A DNA stretch of 63,990 nucleotides, counting the filler, from Basidioascus undulatus (lineage: Eukaryota): NCBI GenBank assembly GCA_000826855.1. It is 3 parts of 3 records of this genome, joined end to end, with 100 filler letters (N's around TTAATTAATTAA, not from the genome) between each part and the next. Parts side by side here need not be neighbours in the genome. Positions count along the whole stretch, not along the records: positions 43,068 to 63,990 come from JTLS01000355.1; 2 more parts are not named here. One strand, written 5' to 3'. Shown here in pieces: positions 48,125 through 63,371 of this stretch (position 1 is its first letter; every line of letters starts with the position of its first letter). Under the pieces are notes generated by a model. The model was given only the letters and a program-made list of their open reading frames with translations, searched no databases and had not been told where the DNA came from. Made by a program: the position numbers and the translations under genes.

Positions 48125-49746
48125 TCATGCCTCGACCTTCCAATACTTGCGCCGCGTCTTACGGGTGACGTGCACGGCCGTGCCCGAGCCGCCGCCGCCG
48201 AACGCGAGCACGACCGTCTCTTCGGGAGAGGACGGGGAGAGGCGCTTGCGCCTGTGGGCGATGATTTTCTTAGCCTGCGGGCGAGGCCAAAACGGATTGG
48301 TGTCAGGTTGACTTGGAATGAAAGGTGATGGAAAGTGGGCAGCGCACGAGGTTGAAGCGGAACTGGTCGTTCGGTGCGGGGAAATGCGGTGATTCCAAGC
48401 AGTGCCTGAAAGCGACTGTCAGCCCCCCTAGCAGGACGAGGACGCAAGGGATCAAGCGCACTTGAAGACAGCGAACGGTAAAGACGCATAAAGCTCCGCA
48501 AGCGCCGCCTCGCCCTTAACCGCCCGTCCCTTATCGGGCCCAAACACGCCCAGCTCCTCCGGGACGTTGACGACCAAGAACCTGAGGACGTCCGCCCTGA
48601 GCTGCGCGGAATAGCTGCCATACAGGAGGTTCCCCGCGCCGAGCTCGGGGCTCAGGCACGTCTCGGGCTCGCCCTTAGCGCCGACGAAGCCGGCCGCGTG
48701 CGTCGTGCCGTGCCCAAGGAGGGAGGAGACCGAGCCGGCCGTGTCGGGCGGCTGCTCGACGAACGACACCCACTCGAGGATGGACGACAGCGAGAGCGAG
48801 GCCCGGCAGATGTGCAGCGCTTGCGAGCACAGGTCGTCCAGCCCGCCGAGGAGGGACGCCGACGCGAGGACGGCGCGCGCGTTGGAGAGGTTGATCAGGG
48901 AGGCGGAGAAGGTCGCGGAGTAGAGGTGGCCGAGACTGGGGTGGGAATGCGGGCGGGCGGTCAAAATGGGTGGGAGTGTGACAGTGGCGCAAGGGGCTCA
49001 CGCAATGCTGAAGGCCTGAGGCAAGAGAAAGGGTAAGTCAGCCGGCTGCGACAGGCGGTGTAAAGAGGATCGGGGCTGCCACACACTTCTTCGGTGATAT
49101 TTGGGTCGTCGAGCGGGATGTAGATGTCGGAGGAGTCAGAGAGGCGGAGGAGGTGGGCGAGGAGGGGCGAGCGGGAAATGATGATTTTGTGCAGAAGCCA
49201 TATTCGCTCGCCAACGTGCAGCTTCACGTCGCTGTACGCCTGTGCCCCACACCGCCGTCGTGAGGCTGATCAGTGCGCACACTCCCTAGAGAGCACTATG
49301 ACTTACCCCCGTGTTGAAACCCGCCATGTACAAATGTGCAGCTATCGCATCGTTGCTCATCAAATGCCCGCTGCGTCACCCAGCCCACGGTCAGCTCCCA
49401 CTTGCTCCTCTCTCGCCAGGATAGAAACCGAGATAACACACTACCCCATCGGCCAGTCCCCATGTCCCCCAGCGCTGCTCGTCGGACTCGGTGGCGTCGG
49501 CCCCGTACCGGTGCCCGTCCCCGTTCCCGCGCTGTTCGAGTCCGCGCCGCTGGAGCTCAAGCTCGGCACGGGCGCGGAGAATATGCTCGGCAGCTGACCG
49601 GCCGCGCTGCGGTGGTTGTTGGAGGGGTATGCTGGTAGCGGGTGTGGCGGATGCGGGTGCGGGTGCGAGTGAGAGTGCGGGAAGGCGTTGCCGTTGGACT
49701 GGGTGGGCGGTGGAGGGGCAGCGGAGGAGGAAGACACCTGCGGCAT
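48125..49746 (-). CDS. BTB/POZ-like domain protein
   Basis: IAAHLYMAGFNTG/AYSDVKLHVGERIWLLHKIIISRSPLLAHLL...DDPNITEE...LGHLYSA...NARAVLASASLLGGLDDLC...EETVVLAFGGG...RRKYWKVEA*. Confidence 0.85.
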
Positions 49747-50308
49747 CGTGCTTCGAGGGTCGCCTGAGAGTCGAATAGAAGGGGGGATTTGATGTAGATT
49801 CGGTTTGTACGGATGTGTATGCGCTTGCGGGTGCGTTTTGGAGAGTTGGAGGAGGTGAGCGAGCCGAGGCTGGCGGTGGTGGGAGTCAAGGAAGGAAGCA
49901 ATTCAGGCTGAGGAAGCGAGCTTCGAGCGCGAGCGCCCGGCATGTCAGCCCTCGCAGCGGGCCGTCAAATCCCACCGCGGTCAATTTGACCGGTGTGGGG
50001 ACGCAAGGCTGCAAGCTGCAAACCATTGACATATCTTGGAAAATATGGACAGCAACTGCTTTCCAGTACTCTAGTCCATTAAATGTGGCATGTTCAGCGA
50101 CAGCAGAGCCACGGCATTCCCACATTAGCACAGCAGCTGATGTGGCCCACAGTCCGCGCCCGCAACAGCCACAAAAATCAATAAGCAGTCTGTATCGTGC
50201 GACAAAAGGTATCAAAGCATGTGCAATGCACATCGTCCTCGAAAACCCCAAGCAAAAGTCCACCCTGCAGTCACCCCAGTACTCCATTGCCGCTCAGCGC
50301 CGCCGCTC

Positions 50309-52186
50309 CTATGACCCGCTCCGCAGCACGATCTGCTCTACGACGTGCTCCGAGTCCGCGTAGCCGAGCACTTCTGTGATCCTTGAGCTGCATCACCAGT
50401 CGCCAGGAGTGTCAGCGCTTTGCGGAGCCGAGGAGGGGAAAGGGAATGTCGAGAGAAAAGGAAGACAGCGACGCACCTCTTGAGGCCCTTGACCCGATCG
50501 ATATCCGCCGAATTATAATTCGCCAGCCCGCGCCCGACCTCGATGAGCTCCCACCCATCCGGGACAGCCGCAGGCGGGTGCGCGGCCGGGACAGGCGGGG
50601 GCGTCGGGACGGGGAGGGGCGGCTCCTCGACAGCCGCTGCGGACGGGCCGTCGCTGAGGGACGAGACGGACGCGGTCATCTGCACGGGGCCGAGATTGGG
50701 CGTGCTAGGACTCGAGACGAATCCCGGCGTCGTCGCGCCCGACCTCGGCCCCGCCGCCGGACTCGGCATGCACTCTCCCGCGCGCCCATATTCCGCCTCC
50801 CCCTTCCAGCGGAGCACGACAATCTTGACCGCCTGTCCGCCGGCAAAAACGCCCTGGACCTTCACAACGCCCGCGGCGAGGAGGCGCCCCCCGCCGCGGA
50901 GGACGGCGCGGTGCGCGCCCGCGTCGATGATGATCTCTCCCGCGGCGTGCAGCCCGTGCAGGATCCACCACTTCCGGTCGCGCAGCGGGTTGGGCTTGGG
51001 GGTGAACGTCGTGTGCGGCGGGATGTCGGAGGGGGACGCCGTGGATGGCGTGACGATGGAGAAGATTCGCGTCGGGTGGGCGCCGTGCGTGATCACCGTC
51101 GTCACGCCTGCGCCCGTAGCGAGCTCCGCGGCGATCAGCTTCGTCTCCATCCCGCCTGTGCCTAGCGCAGAGCCGAGCGTCGCGGTGGACACTGTTCGGT
51201 GGTGGTGTGAGTTCACAAGCAGCGTGGAAAGGGTTGGCTGTGAGGAAACATGGGGATGGCAGTGACGCACCGGTCTTCCGAATCTCGCCAATGTCCGTGA
51301 CGACCTTGACAGGTTGGGCGTCGGGGTTCTTGCGCGGGTTGTCGGTGTACAGGCAGTCGACGTCGGTCATGAGGAAGAGGTAGTCGGCGTGGACCATCGC
51401 GGCTGTGACGGCCGACAGCGTGTCGTTGTCGCCGAATTTGATTTCCTGGAAAATGAGCAGCGTTTAGCACGCAGCATCAGGAAGACACAGTAGCCTGTAT
51501 ACGAATCAAGGGGAGGAAGGGGAGAGGTCACTGACAGAAACGGAGACTGTGTCATTCTCGTTCACGATCGGCACGACGCCCATGTCAAGCAGCTCGGCGA
51601 AGGTGTTGACGGCGTTGAGGTATCGTGTTCGCTGATAGTATATCCTAATTTTAGCATCATGCATCAGCTTCGTAATGTGATCACGCGAACCCACATCTGA
51701 AATGTCGCCGCGAGTGAGCAGGATCTGTGCGATGGGCTGCGAAAGCTGGGAGAAGAGGTTGTCCCACAGCGCGATCAACCTGCCCTGCCCAATCGCCGCC
51801 AGGGCCTACCCGTCCCTCATACTCACCAGATCAGCACATCCACGCACCCACTCCATTCCAGTCCCACTCACTTGCTTCTTCGCCAGCCCCTTCGGTCTCT
51901 TCACCAACTCCATGCGCTTCAATCCGATGCCAATCGCGCCCGAGCTGACGATTACGACCCGGTGCCCGAGCGCGCGGAGATGGCACACGGTCTCGACGAT
52001 CGCGGAGAGGAGGGCGATCTTGGGGAGGTGGTGCGCGTCCTCGGTCACGATGCTTGACGTGCCGAGCTTGATGACGATCGTCAGGTGCTGCAGCGGCCCG
52101 GCGTGGCGCGGGTTGGTGCGCAGCCGCGGGAGCGGGGAGGGCGTAGGCGCTGGAGGGGGCGGCTCGGCGGGGGGAGAGGTCGGCAT
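50309..52186 (-). CDS. PRO1: Glutamate 5-kinase with PUA domain
   Basis: [113 protein letters not shown]. Confidence 0.96.
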
Positions 52187-52634
52187 TGCGTAGGGAAGAT
52201 GGGACGAGATGGATTGGATCAAGGAAGCGAGTTGGAGAAGACACGACACGCCTTCTCGAGTCAGTCCCTGGGTGGTCTTTCGGCCGGAAGAATACGCACA
52301 TTTCGGCGTTAGTGTCTCAGAGATAAGATAACAGATCTCAACCGACCTCCTATGTCTAAGGTTCCTGGGTTTCTTACTCTTCCTGGCGTCCCATCATCAC
52401 AACAATTCAGTCGGATGAGCATGCTATGAGTTTCTTGTTCTTACGCCGTGGACGTCTGCAGGCTGGGCATCAGGAACGGGCGACCGGGACGGGGATCCGG
52501 GACGCCTGCCTCAGGCTCTCACCCATCGGGCCGTTCCCGTGATTGCCTTCATGCATGGCGACACTCAAATAGCGGCCGCTGTCCGTCTTCTTCCTCTTCG
52601 CCATCTCCATCTACCCTCGTCGTTCATACTGACC

Positions 52635-55496
52635 ATGTCGTCGCTGCGCACCGTCTTCACGCGCAGCGCTCGCGCGTCCCCGCTCCAAACCGTCACTCGC
52701 ATCGGCGGGCGTCGCTATGCCTCGACCGCCGCGCCCCCGCCCAAGACGTCTTCCTCCCGTCGCTGGGCGGCCTTGCGGACCGCAGCGTTCGTCGGAGCGG
52801 GTGTTGCGCTTCTTGTGCGTCTCCATCCATTCCTTTCCCCTCCTTATCATCGCTCAAAGAGGACGTCGGTACAGGTCCGGGAAACTTCCGCATCCAAGCA
52901 GCAGCAGCCTCCACCGGCCAAGGCGCTGGACGAAGCGGCGCAGCGCGAGTACTTCGGCAGGCCCTCGTACGGCTCGGCCAAGGACGCCGAGGCGGCCATC
53001 GCTGAGCTCCGTGCGGTGCTGCCAGAGGGCGCGATCACGACCCTGAAGGAAGTGCTTGAGAACCAGGGCAGCGGACAGTGGAGCTACCTCCCTGAGGTCG
53101 CCCCGACCGCGGTGGTGTACCCGGTGAGTCCTCCTGCCTTGCAGGTGAGATGTGAGGACAGGCAGGATGCTGATGCTGGTGGGGCGGAGCTGGCAGAGTA
53201 GTACAGAGGAGGTGGTAAAGATCGTCAAGGTGCGTGCCGTCGATGATAACTGAAAACCGCTGCAGCGCGCTGAAACTGGGATGGGCCCAAACAGATCGCA
53301 GACAAGTACCGCATTCCGCTCATTCCCCGCTCAGCCGGTACCTCCCTCGAGGGCCACTGCTCAGCGGAGCACGGCGGGATCCTGCTCGACTTCGAAGAGA
53401 ACGTGCGTCATTGCCCCCGCCTTTCACCTCCGCCGTACCCTGAACAATGCAATTCCCGCACCACTACAGATGAACAAGATCCTCGCTGTGCGGCCTGACG
53501 ACCTCGACGCGACTGTGCAGCCAGGTGAGCGTCTTCTCGCTCACTGCACCGCAGGCACTTATACTCACGAATGCCGGGGGGATGTGCGGACAGGCCTGAA
53601 ATGGGTCCACCTGAACGAGTACCTCAAGGAGAAGGACATCCCGCTCTTCTTCCCGCTGGATCCGAGCCCGGACGCAGCGATCGGTATGCCTCTGCATTAT
53701 TCATGCTCCAGAAGCGGGCTTTGACCGCTTGTCTGTTTGGATACTGCAGGCGGGATGCTGTCGAATGGTGCGTGACTCGTGCTCGCCCTGAGCTGGCTGT
53801 TGCTAGATCAATGCTGAATTGCGAGCGTTGCCTAGGCTGCTCAGGAACCAATGCATGCTTCTATGGCACAGCGAAGGGCGAGGTGCGTGTTGGGCTGCGC
53901 AAAACTCACGAGCGACTGAGGACTGAACCGTCTTGCTACTGCAGTGGTTCTTGAACATCACAGCTGGTGCGCTTTTCCTTCCTCGCATTTCCGTTCGGCC
54001 TGATGCTTACTGTCGCCGGCCCGCTCCACTCGCAGTCCTCGCCGACGGAACAGTAATTAAAACGCGCCAGCGCGCGAAAAAGTCCTCCGCGGGCTTCGAC
54101 CTGACGAAGGTGCGTCTTCCGCCCTCCGCCCTTGTCTCCCCTCACCCTGACTTGGGCTTGGGATCCATCAAACAGCTCTTCACCGGCGCCGAGGGCACGC
54201 TGGGGATCATCACGGAGGTGACGCTCCGTCTCACGCCCGTCCTCCCCGTCTCCGTCGCCGTCACGGGCTTCAAGACCGTCGAGGAGGCCGCCAAGGTCGT
54301 CTCGGAGGTCGTGCGCAGCGGGGTGCGGGTGAACTGCGCGGGTGCGCCCCCCTTCCCTAGGCCTCGCTTTCATTCACTGGAGCGCTTTTACTCATTGTGT
54401 GATTGAGTGGGGCTTCAGAATTGCTTGATGGGGTAGGGAACTCTCCTTGGATAGAATACTGGTTGGGGAACGTGACGCTGACTGCTGACTGCGCGCCGGA
54501 CAGACCGCCATGCTCGCTACGAACCGCTCCGGCCTAGTCGACAAAGAGTTCCCCGCGACGCCGCACCTCTTCTTCAAGTTCGCGGGTGGCGAGGCTCAGG
54601 TGCGATCCGAGTTCCAACCGGCTGTCGCACTCTAACAGCGCGTTTGCTGACCTGCTAAGGTGGGATCGTATAGCGCAAGGAGGACGCCGCGAGGACGGCG
54701 GCGATCGTGAAGAAGTACGGGGGCACGCCGCTCGAGTTTGCGAAGGCGGAGAAGGAGGCGGAGGACCTCTGGGCAGGGAGGAAATGGTGCGGCTCGACGA
54801 AGAGATTCGCTCGGGGGTGATGGCTAAATGCAGGGTCTGAACAGGGCTCTCGCTTCGGCTCAAGCGCTCAACTCCAATGCGAAAGTGTGGACGACCGGTA
54901 CGTCTCATCCTTATTCTCGTGCTATACGCTCTGACGCATGCGACTGACATGCGTGGTGGTGGAAAATAGACGTCTGCGTCCCTATCTCGCGCCTGCCCGA
55001 GCTGATCGCGCGCATCCGTGCGGACCTGGACGAGCACGGCGTCGTTGCGCCGATCGTCTCCCACGCGGCAGACGGGAACGTGCACGCGCTGATGCTGTTC
55101 GAGGGCGACGAGGAGCGGGCCAGGGTCGAGCAGTGCGTGGAACGTATGGTCGACCACGCTATTGCGCTCGAGGGGACGTGCACTGGTACGTCTCCGAACG
55201 ACCAATTGGGGAGGGTGGATGGAAGGCTGATGAGGAGTGGGGATGGGATGGGGCAGGCGAGCATGGTGTGGGCAAGGGGAAGAAGCATCACCTCGAGCAT
55301 GAGCTCGGGCGGACGACGCTCGACACCATGCGCAAGATCAAGATGACGCTCGACCCCAAGTATCTGATGAACCCTGAAAAGGTGTGCCGCTTTTATGCCT
55401 TGCCTTGGAAGGGACGAGTGGCTGACGATTTGCTTGCTGTTTCTGCAGTTGTACCCCATCCCCGGGCAGAGTGGACACCATGGACACTCCCATTGA
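52635..55496 (+). CDS. DLD1: Mitochondrial D-lactate dehydrogenase (cytochrome)-type FAD-linked oxidase
   Basis: Presequence, [126 protein letters not shown]. Confidence 0.9.
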
Positions 55497-56066
55497 GGGT
55501 TGAGGACTGAGAGAGAGAGGCGAGGGGGTGCATGACATATACCTTGACACCTTGAATGAACATTTTATAGCGCTCGAAGGCCGGGGTGTTTCGCAGCTCA
55601 ACAGGTTGCGATCGTGAGGAAGACAAGATGGGTGAATGAAAGTGACAGGCACGTACATAGCTTGGTGGCTGCATGCGTCGTTTGCTTTAGATGCTGTTCC
55701 GCTGTTCCTCTGCTTTGCAAACACAACCCGTCAGACTCAATGATCAGTTTCCCGCTGAGCGGTGTGGAGAAAGGTCGTTTAAGGGAATCGCCTGGAGCGA
55801 CTTGACGAGGATCTGTCGCGGCCAGGCCGTTCCGACGGCGCGAACTCTCGGCCATGTGGAGTGAGTGAAGGCTACAACATAACATCTCTTAAATCTCGGG
55901 CTCTAATAACTCTTTAAGGAGCTCAAGCGCAAGGAACGCTACGGGATCCTTCTTCACATGCCAGTCGAGCAAGGCTTGATTTCAGACGGTACAAGCAGTA
56001 GGATCCGTTGTAAATTATATTCCGAAACGGATATGTAGTGCTCGATAGTCTCTCTGCCCATCTCCC

Positions 56067-57717
56067 TCAGTTCTTCTCGTCTGCATCCCAGTCGTGATCG
56101 TCGCCATTCCAGTATGCGCTATGAACCCACACAGCGAACTCAGTACGACTGTGAACCCAGTGAGGCAATCAACTAAGCAAGAGGAAATAACATACGGAGG
56201 TAGATCGACGGCAGGAGGTGGTCCCAGAGGCTCATCAAGAGCGGGAGCACTGGACGGCCCAGTGGGCGGAGGCCGTGGGGACAGTCCGGAGGTGATGGAG
56301 ATGGGGACGTTGGCCTTGAGGCTGTTTCCGATACCAAGGAATGGTACGTAGAGGTGCATGCAGTACTTCGAATCGACAAAAAACATTTCAGTAAGTAAGG
56401 GTTGGTGGGCCGCAGAAGGCAAAGGCGCGAGGAAACGACGAGCCAACGTACCTGATTGCTCAAGATCCGCGTGTTGAACGAGGGGGGACAGGTGAAGGCC
56501 ATCGACGACTCGAATACCACCACACGCTTCCACACACCCTTGCCCTTCTCGTCCTTCTCCCCGAAGGCAGGAATCCACTCCATCTCATCCTGCCGGACCC
56601 GGACAGCGCTTCCCCATCCCGGCGCAGAGTGCGACCTTCCCATTCCGCCGAGAAGCGTCACGTCGTCCTCGACTTTTCTCTTGCGGCCGCGCGCTTGGAT
56701 GCGGACGTGCCGGTCGAGGCGGAGCTCGATCTGCGAGGGGTGGGAAGGCGGCGTGGGAAAGAGGGGCTTCTTGGCGTTGTCGACGGGCGTTTCGCTGCGC
56801 TTCATGGGCTTCGTATGCGTCGTGACGTGCAGTCTGAAAGGTATGAATACCGAGATGGGGAAGGACGCCAAGGCTGGAAGGACGACCTGAAGGGCACGAG
56901 AACAGGCGTCAGCAAGGCGCCACGACGAGACGGCTGTTCGACGTACCTCCGCCTTCACATTGGCGTAGCTTCCCCAGAGTCCCTGCCGGATCTTGTCCTC
57001 GAGCGTGATGCACTTCCACTCGCCCGACCACCCCTGCGTCAGCGCTGTCCGAGCGTTCAGCCCGCCCTGGTCGGCGACGGGGACGACGGGGAAGACGCTC
57101 CGGATCCGCCTGTTGGTCTTGAAGATGCCCGAACGCTCTCCGACGATCTCGACCCAGTAGGTGATGATCCCGCTGCGGCTCGGGTACGAGCTCTTATAGT
57201 GGAACGACGGCGGAAGGGTGAGGGGTAGCTCGAAGCGGAAAGGTAGTCGTAGGACGTGCGAGCCTGGCGGAGGGAAGGCGCTGCCCTGGGTCCAGAGAAT
57301 CGCGTCGGAGCGCACGAGTGATATACTCTCTTTGTACGTGGTCGCCGATTGGCCGTTGCTCTGCACAAATTTACTTTTGGAAAAACAGGAGAAGGTCAGT
57401 ATCGGAGGTTCGTAGTACGGCAGTTTAAGCTCGCAGCCGAAATGGCACCTCGAAGCTCGCTCGAAGCTCGATGTTTGCAGCCCACCTCGCCTCCCGCGCA
57501 AGCGCTGGTGGGGCTTATTATGCGGCTAAGTTGGAAGTGAAAAGACGCACGCTTGAATAGAGCCGCGCAACTTAACGCGTACACGCTCGATGCCGTCTTC
57601 TTGCGCGAGCGCGAGATTGAAGTCGATGTCGCCCTCGAGGGTCTCGCCCGCAACGCGCACGGCGTTCGAAAAGTGAAGAGTGAGCGGTTGCGAACTATCG
57701 CGAGCAGTTTGAGTCAT
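56067..57717 (-). CDS. Alpha-arrestin-like protein with C-terminal PPxY
   Basis: LTLHFSNAVRVAGETLEGDIDFN...VRVKLRGSI, LRLPFRFELPLTLPPSFHY, ITYWVEIVGERSGIFKTNRRIR, VPFLGIGNSL; spliced end DLPPAYWNGDDHDWDADEKN*. Confidence 0.88.
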
Positions 57718-58513
57718 AATGGTGAAAGGAGTTGGTCAGTGTGGGGGACGAGATGAGCGAGTTGATGGTGAAAGGACAACGAGCGAACGCGTTGCGTAGG
57801 TAGGACTTAAATAACAGGCGTCGGTGCGTGACGAGGCGGTGTGGGGGCTGCAGAGGGCTGTGCGGCTGTGCGGCTAGTCCCAAAAACTCTCATGGGCAGC
57901 TGCTTTGGTCTGATCAAGATACGTGTCCCAAGCACCACGAAAGACACAGCCACAGAATACCTGCGTATCAGCAGCACAACTTGCTAGCAGCGTTCCGATA
58001 ATTCGATAATAATCTGTCGACATCGTTGCGACCACAGGGCCTCGTCAGCACCTTACAGGCCGAATCTGTTCACAGAGCCTATAGAGAAACCTTTCGGGAG
58101 TTCTTTCTCGATAGAAATGCGAAAATCCCCAGACCGAGTCGCTTTCATTTGGCCGGTTGATCCCCGCTCAGGAACACACATCCACATTAGTTCTCCCCGT
58201 GAAACACACCTTTTGTTTTTATCATTCTCTTCGAGTTGAACACAGTCGAGTGTGTTCAGGGCGAGCACCATCTCAGGGTCGTGAGCAGACCGAGGCGGAC
58301 ACTGCGAACGTGCCCTCTCCTCGCCGAGGTTCATAGGTGTATGTAACCGCTGCTCCTGTTCCGTGCCCTAACAGTGATTCTAGCAAGAAAATCAAGAACT
58401 TGCTCCAAGCCAAATCTTCCTCTCCTCTCCTCTTGCACACCTTACTCAGGCGTTCAGGGACTTTCAGTCAAATGCTCTGAAATTCCTCCAAGCGACATTG
58501 CTACATTGCTATA

Positions 58514-59956
<1,443 letters not shown>

Positions 59957-60497
59957 GTGGGACGTTTGTACAGTAGGTAGGGGGGCACTGTGTTGACACA
60001 GAAGAAAGAGTGGTTTAAATACAAGAGCGGTCGATATCCGCAACTACTGGGGCTGGCTTTGGCAGAGAAGCTTCAGGAAAGTTATGTATGAGGCAACAGC
60101 GGCCGGGGCGGACGACAGCTCCATACCCACCTCCAGGATCCCGGCGCGCACAATATGGGGCGGCCGTCGGAGCCCCTGAATCATTCATCGGTACAATGCT
60201 CTCTTATGATTTGATCTGGCCACAGCAGTTTGGGAAGAAAGGAAAGGGACTCAGGTCTGAGACTGCGTCGGCGATAAGCCATGTGGGAAGCACAGCCAGA
60301 AGTTTGATTGACCGAAAGCCTCAAGCCCAGGACTGGGCCACCCTTCCCTCGATTCCACTCTTGACCTTGCTCGCACTGTTTTAGAGGTCCGCCACCGGCC
60401 GTTGAAGCGTTTACTCTCTTCACCGCCGTACATCAACCACCGATACCTTCAATCACATCTGTTTATTCCCCTTCCGCCGACCCCCGCCACAGCCACC

Positions 60498-63103
60498 ATG
60501 TCCGGTGCTCCTCGCACCTCATACGCCTGTGCGTCCATCTCAGGCCGCCTCACAGTCTCAGCGCAGTGGGCTCATTATGGGAGTGGGATATGTAGTCCGG
60601 GCGCAGAAGTCTATGGGCGTTGTTCTGGCCGCGCCTACGTACAGTCCTTTGGAGACCTTCGACAAGTACGCCAGCTCGCCTGTGTCTTCTCTCTTCGCTT
60701 GCTCACCCGTTTCGCGTACACCCCAGGCCTCAAGAGCACGTTCGCACCTACCAGTACAGCCCTGATGGGCGCTACCTTGCCCACGCGATGGCCGGATCGT
60801 GCGTTCTGCGTCCATGCTCGGCATTTGTGGCGGTGTCTGATCTGCTAGCCACCTGCAGTGTCCGCATAACCCAAGCCGACAGCGGCGAGCTCGTGCAGGA
60901 TCTTCCCGTGCCGAACGTGTACGAGGTTGGGTTCTCTCCGAAGGGCACTTACATCTCCACCTGGGAACGACCTTGTGCGTTTAATTTGGGCTGTACGTGC
61001 CAGGGGGGACGCGTGGCTGACAGGAAAGCCGTACTCTTCAGCCAAGTCGGAAGACGGGTCGCAGGTGAAGAACCTGCGCGTGTGGAAGGTGGAGACGGGC
61101 GAGGATCTGGCTGCCTTCACGCAGAAGTCTCAGGAGGGATGGTGAGTCCTACCTTCACACGCTGCATGCGGGTGGGCGGGGAGGCTGACCATGGCTTCGT
61201 TGGTCTTTCCAAGGAATCTGCAATTCACCTCGAATGAGGCGCTGTGTACTCGCTTCGTGTCTGGCGAGGTCCAGGTCTTCGATCCGTCGGCGTTCAGCAA
61301 GGGCGTCGTCCAGAAGCTGCGGGTGGAGGGCATGACGAGCTTCTCCCTGAGCCCGGGTCAGAACCCCAGTATCGCTGCCTTCATCGCCGAAAAGAAGGTG
61401 CGTCTCGGAATGGGGCTTTCAAAACTAGGGGTGCATGCTGAGATGCGCTCGCGTTTCCACAGGGCGCCCCCGCCTCTCTCCGCCTCTTCTCCCTCTTCTC
61501 CCTCGGCCCCAACTCCACCCCGACCGCGCAGAAGACCTTCTTCAAGGCCGACAAGATCCAGATCAAGTGGAACCCCCTCGGCACCGCCGTCCTCTTCCTC
61601 ACTCAGACCGATGTCGACAAGACCAACAAGAGCTACTACGGCGAGACGAACCTCTACCTGATGAGCACGGTGGGCGGCTTCGATGCTCGGGTCACGCTCG
61701 GTGAGTTCGCCTTGAGTGGGAGTCAGATATACTGCAATTGGCTGAAACGGTGACTGCGAACAGATCGGGATGGTCCCATACACGACTTCGCCTGGTCTCC
61801 GAACTCGAAGGAGTTTGGGGTAGTCTACGGCTGTGAGTCTGCACGCCGGTGATGCTGGAAGGAGGTATCTGACAGTCTGGATACAGACATGCCCGCGAAG
61901 ACTGTCCTCTTCGACCAGCGCGGTAACCCCGTCCACGACTTTGGTACCCTCCCCCGAAACTTCATGTGCGTATCGAAAACCATTCTTTCCCGAGGACGCC
62001 CGACTTCAAGCTGACAGCTTTCCATTCCACAGTCACTTCAACCCCCAAGGTCGCCTTATCTGTGTTGCCGGCTTCGGCAACCTCGCGGGTACGATCGACG
62101 TCTGGGACCGGCGGACGCTCAAGAAGGTCGCGACCATCGAGGCGTCCAACTCGAGCCACTGCGAGTTCAGCCCCGACGGGCGCTTCCTCCTGACGGCAAC
62201 GCTCAGCCCGCGACTGCGCGTCGACAACGGCGTCAAGATCTGGCATCTGACGGGCAAGTTGATCCACGTCGACCTTGTGGAGGAGCTGTACCAAGTACGT
62301 TTTCTGGGGTGGGTTCAGCATGTGGTCGCGAAGCTAATTGGAGATATCTTGCGATTTACAGGTCTCGTGGAGACCAGGAAATCCGGACGCCTTCCCCGCT
62401 TTCCGCCAAGAGCTCGAGCCCGCACCTGCCCCAGCACCCAGCGTCGCGCTTGCCGAGGCCGCCGCTAAGCCTGCTTGTATGTTTCAAGTCCCCAACCTCA
62501 CCGCGCCCGGCCGCTAACGACACCCCCTCCCACAGCCGCCAAGCCTGCCGGTGCCTACCGTCCGCCCCACGCCCGTGGCTCCGCGACGCCCAACATCTAC
62601 AAGCGCGAGGACGAGGGCGGGATCGCGCGGCTGCCGTCGAACGGCGTCTCGACGCCGCCGAACGGCCAATCAAACGGCGTGTATCAGGCCCGCGGGCAGC
62701 GTCGGCAGGTCCCCGGCGCGCCGCCGCCGAGCTCGCCCGGCCCCGACCAGGAGCGTAAGGGCCGCAAGAAGGGAGGCAAGAAGGGCGGCGACGAGTCGTC
62801 TGGTGCGCCGACGCCTGTCCCTACCCCGCCGCCTGTCCAGGCGCCCGTGCCCCAAAGTCCCGGCGGCGACGCTATCGCGCTCGACAAGAAGATCCGCAAC
62901 TTGACGAAGAAGGCAAGTCCTCCTTGGTGCAGAAAGAGCCCGGATTCCGTTTACTGACTTCGCTCGTGTACCGTCCACAGCTCAAGGCTATCGAAGAGTT
63001 GAAGGACAAGCGCAAGCGCGGCGAGAAGCTCGAGAAGACGCAGTTGACGAAGCTCGACAGCGAGGCCGAGATCCGCCGGGAGCTCGAGGCGCTCAAGCTC
63101 TGA
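60498..63103 (+). CDS. EIF2A: Eukaryotic translation initiation factor 2A
   Basis: FSPKGTYISTWERP, AQKTFFKADKIQIKWN, QTDVDKTNKSYYGETNLYL, DGPIHDFAWSPNSKEFGVVYG, VAGFGNLAGTIDVWD, TATLSPRLRVDNG, GAYRPPHARG, KKIRNLTKKLKAIEELK. The last intron (62913-62980) is GC-AG. Confidence 0.96.
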
Positions 63104-63371
63104 ACCAACAACCCGCGGCGCTGCGCGCTGAAAATTGCATTATCCGAGGGGAAGCGGAAGGGCACGGCTAGTTGCGGGAGGAGGGCTGCCGGGTTCGCCT
63201 CACGATCTCGTTTTCCTGCCTTGTCGTCACTTGCATTGCATCATTCTTATGCTGGTACACGCTGGACTGCCGGATTGTCTGTGGTGGAGTGGGTCTTTCG
63301 AGAGTCTCGCTTGTTTTAGAGAAGGCTATATCTTCGAACATCTATCGGTCTATGATCCGCTCCATGAAAGT

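Noticed and set aside
50540..50810. Pro/Ser-rich insertion inside the PUA domain of glutamate 5-kinase
   Set aside because: Low-complexity loop insertions of this kind are common in fungal Pro1. No intein or mobile-element features.
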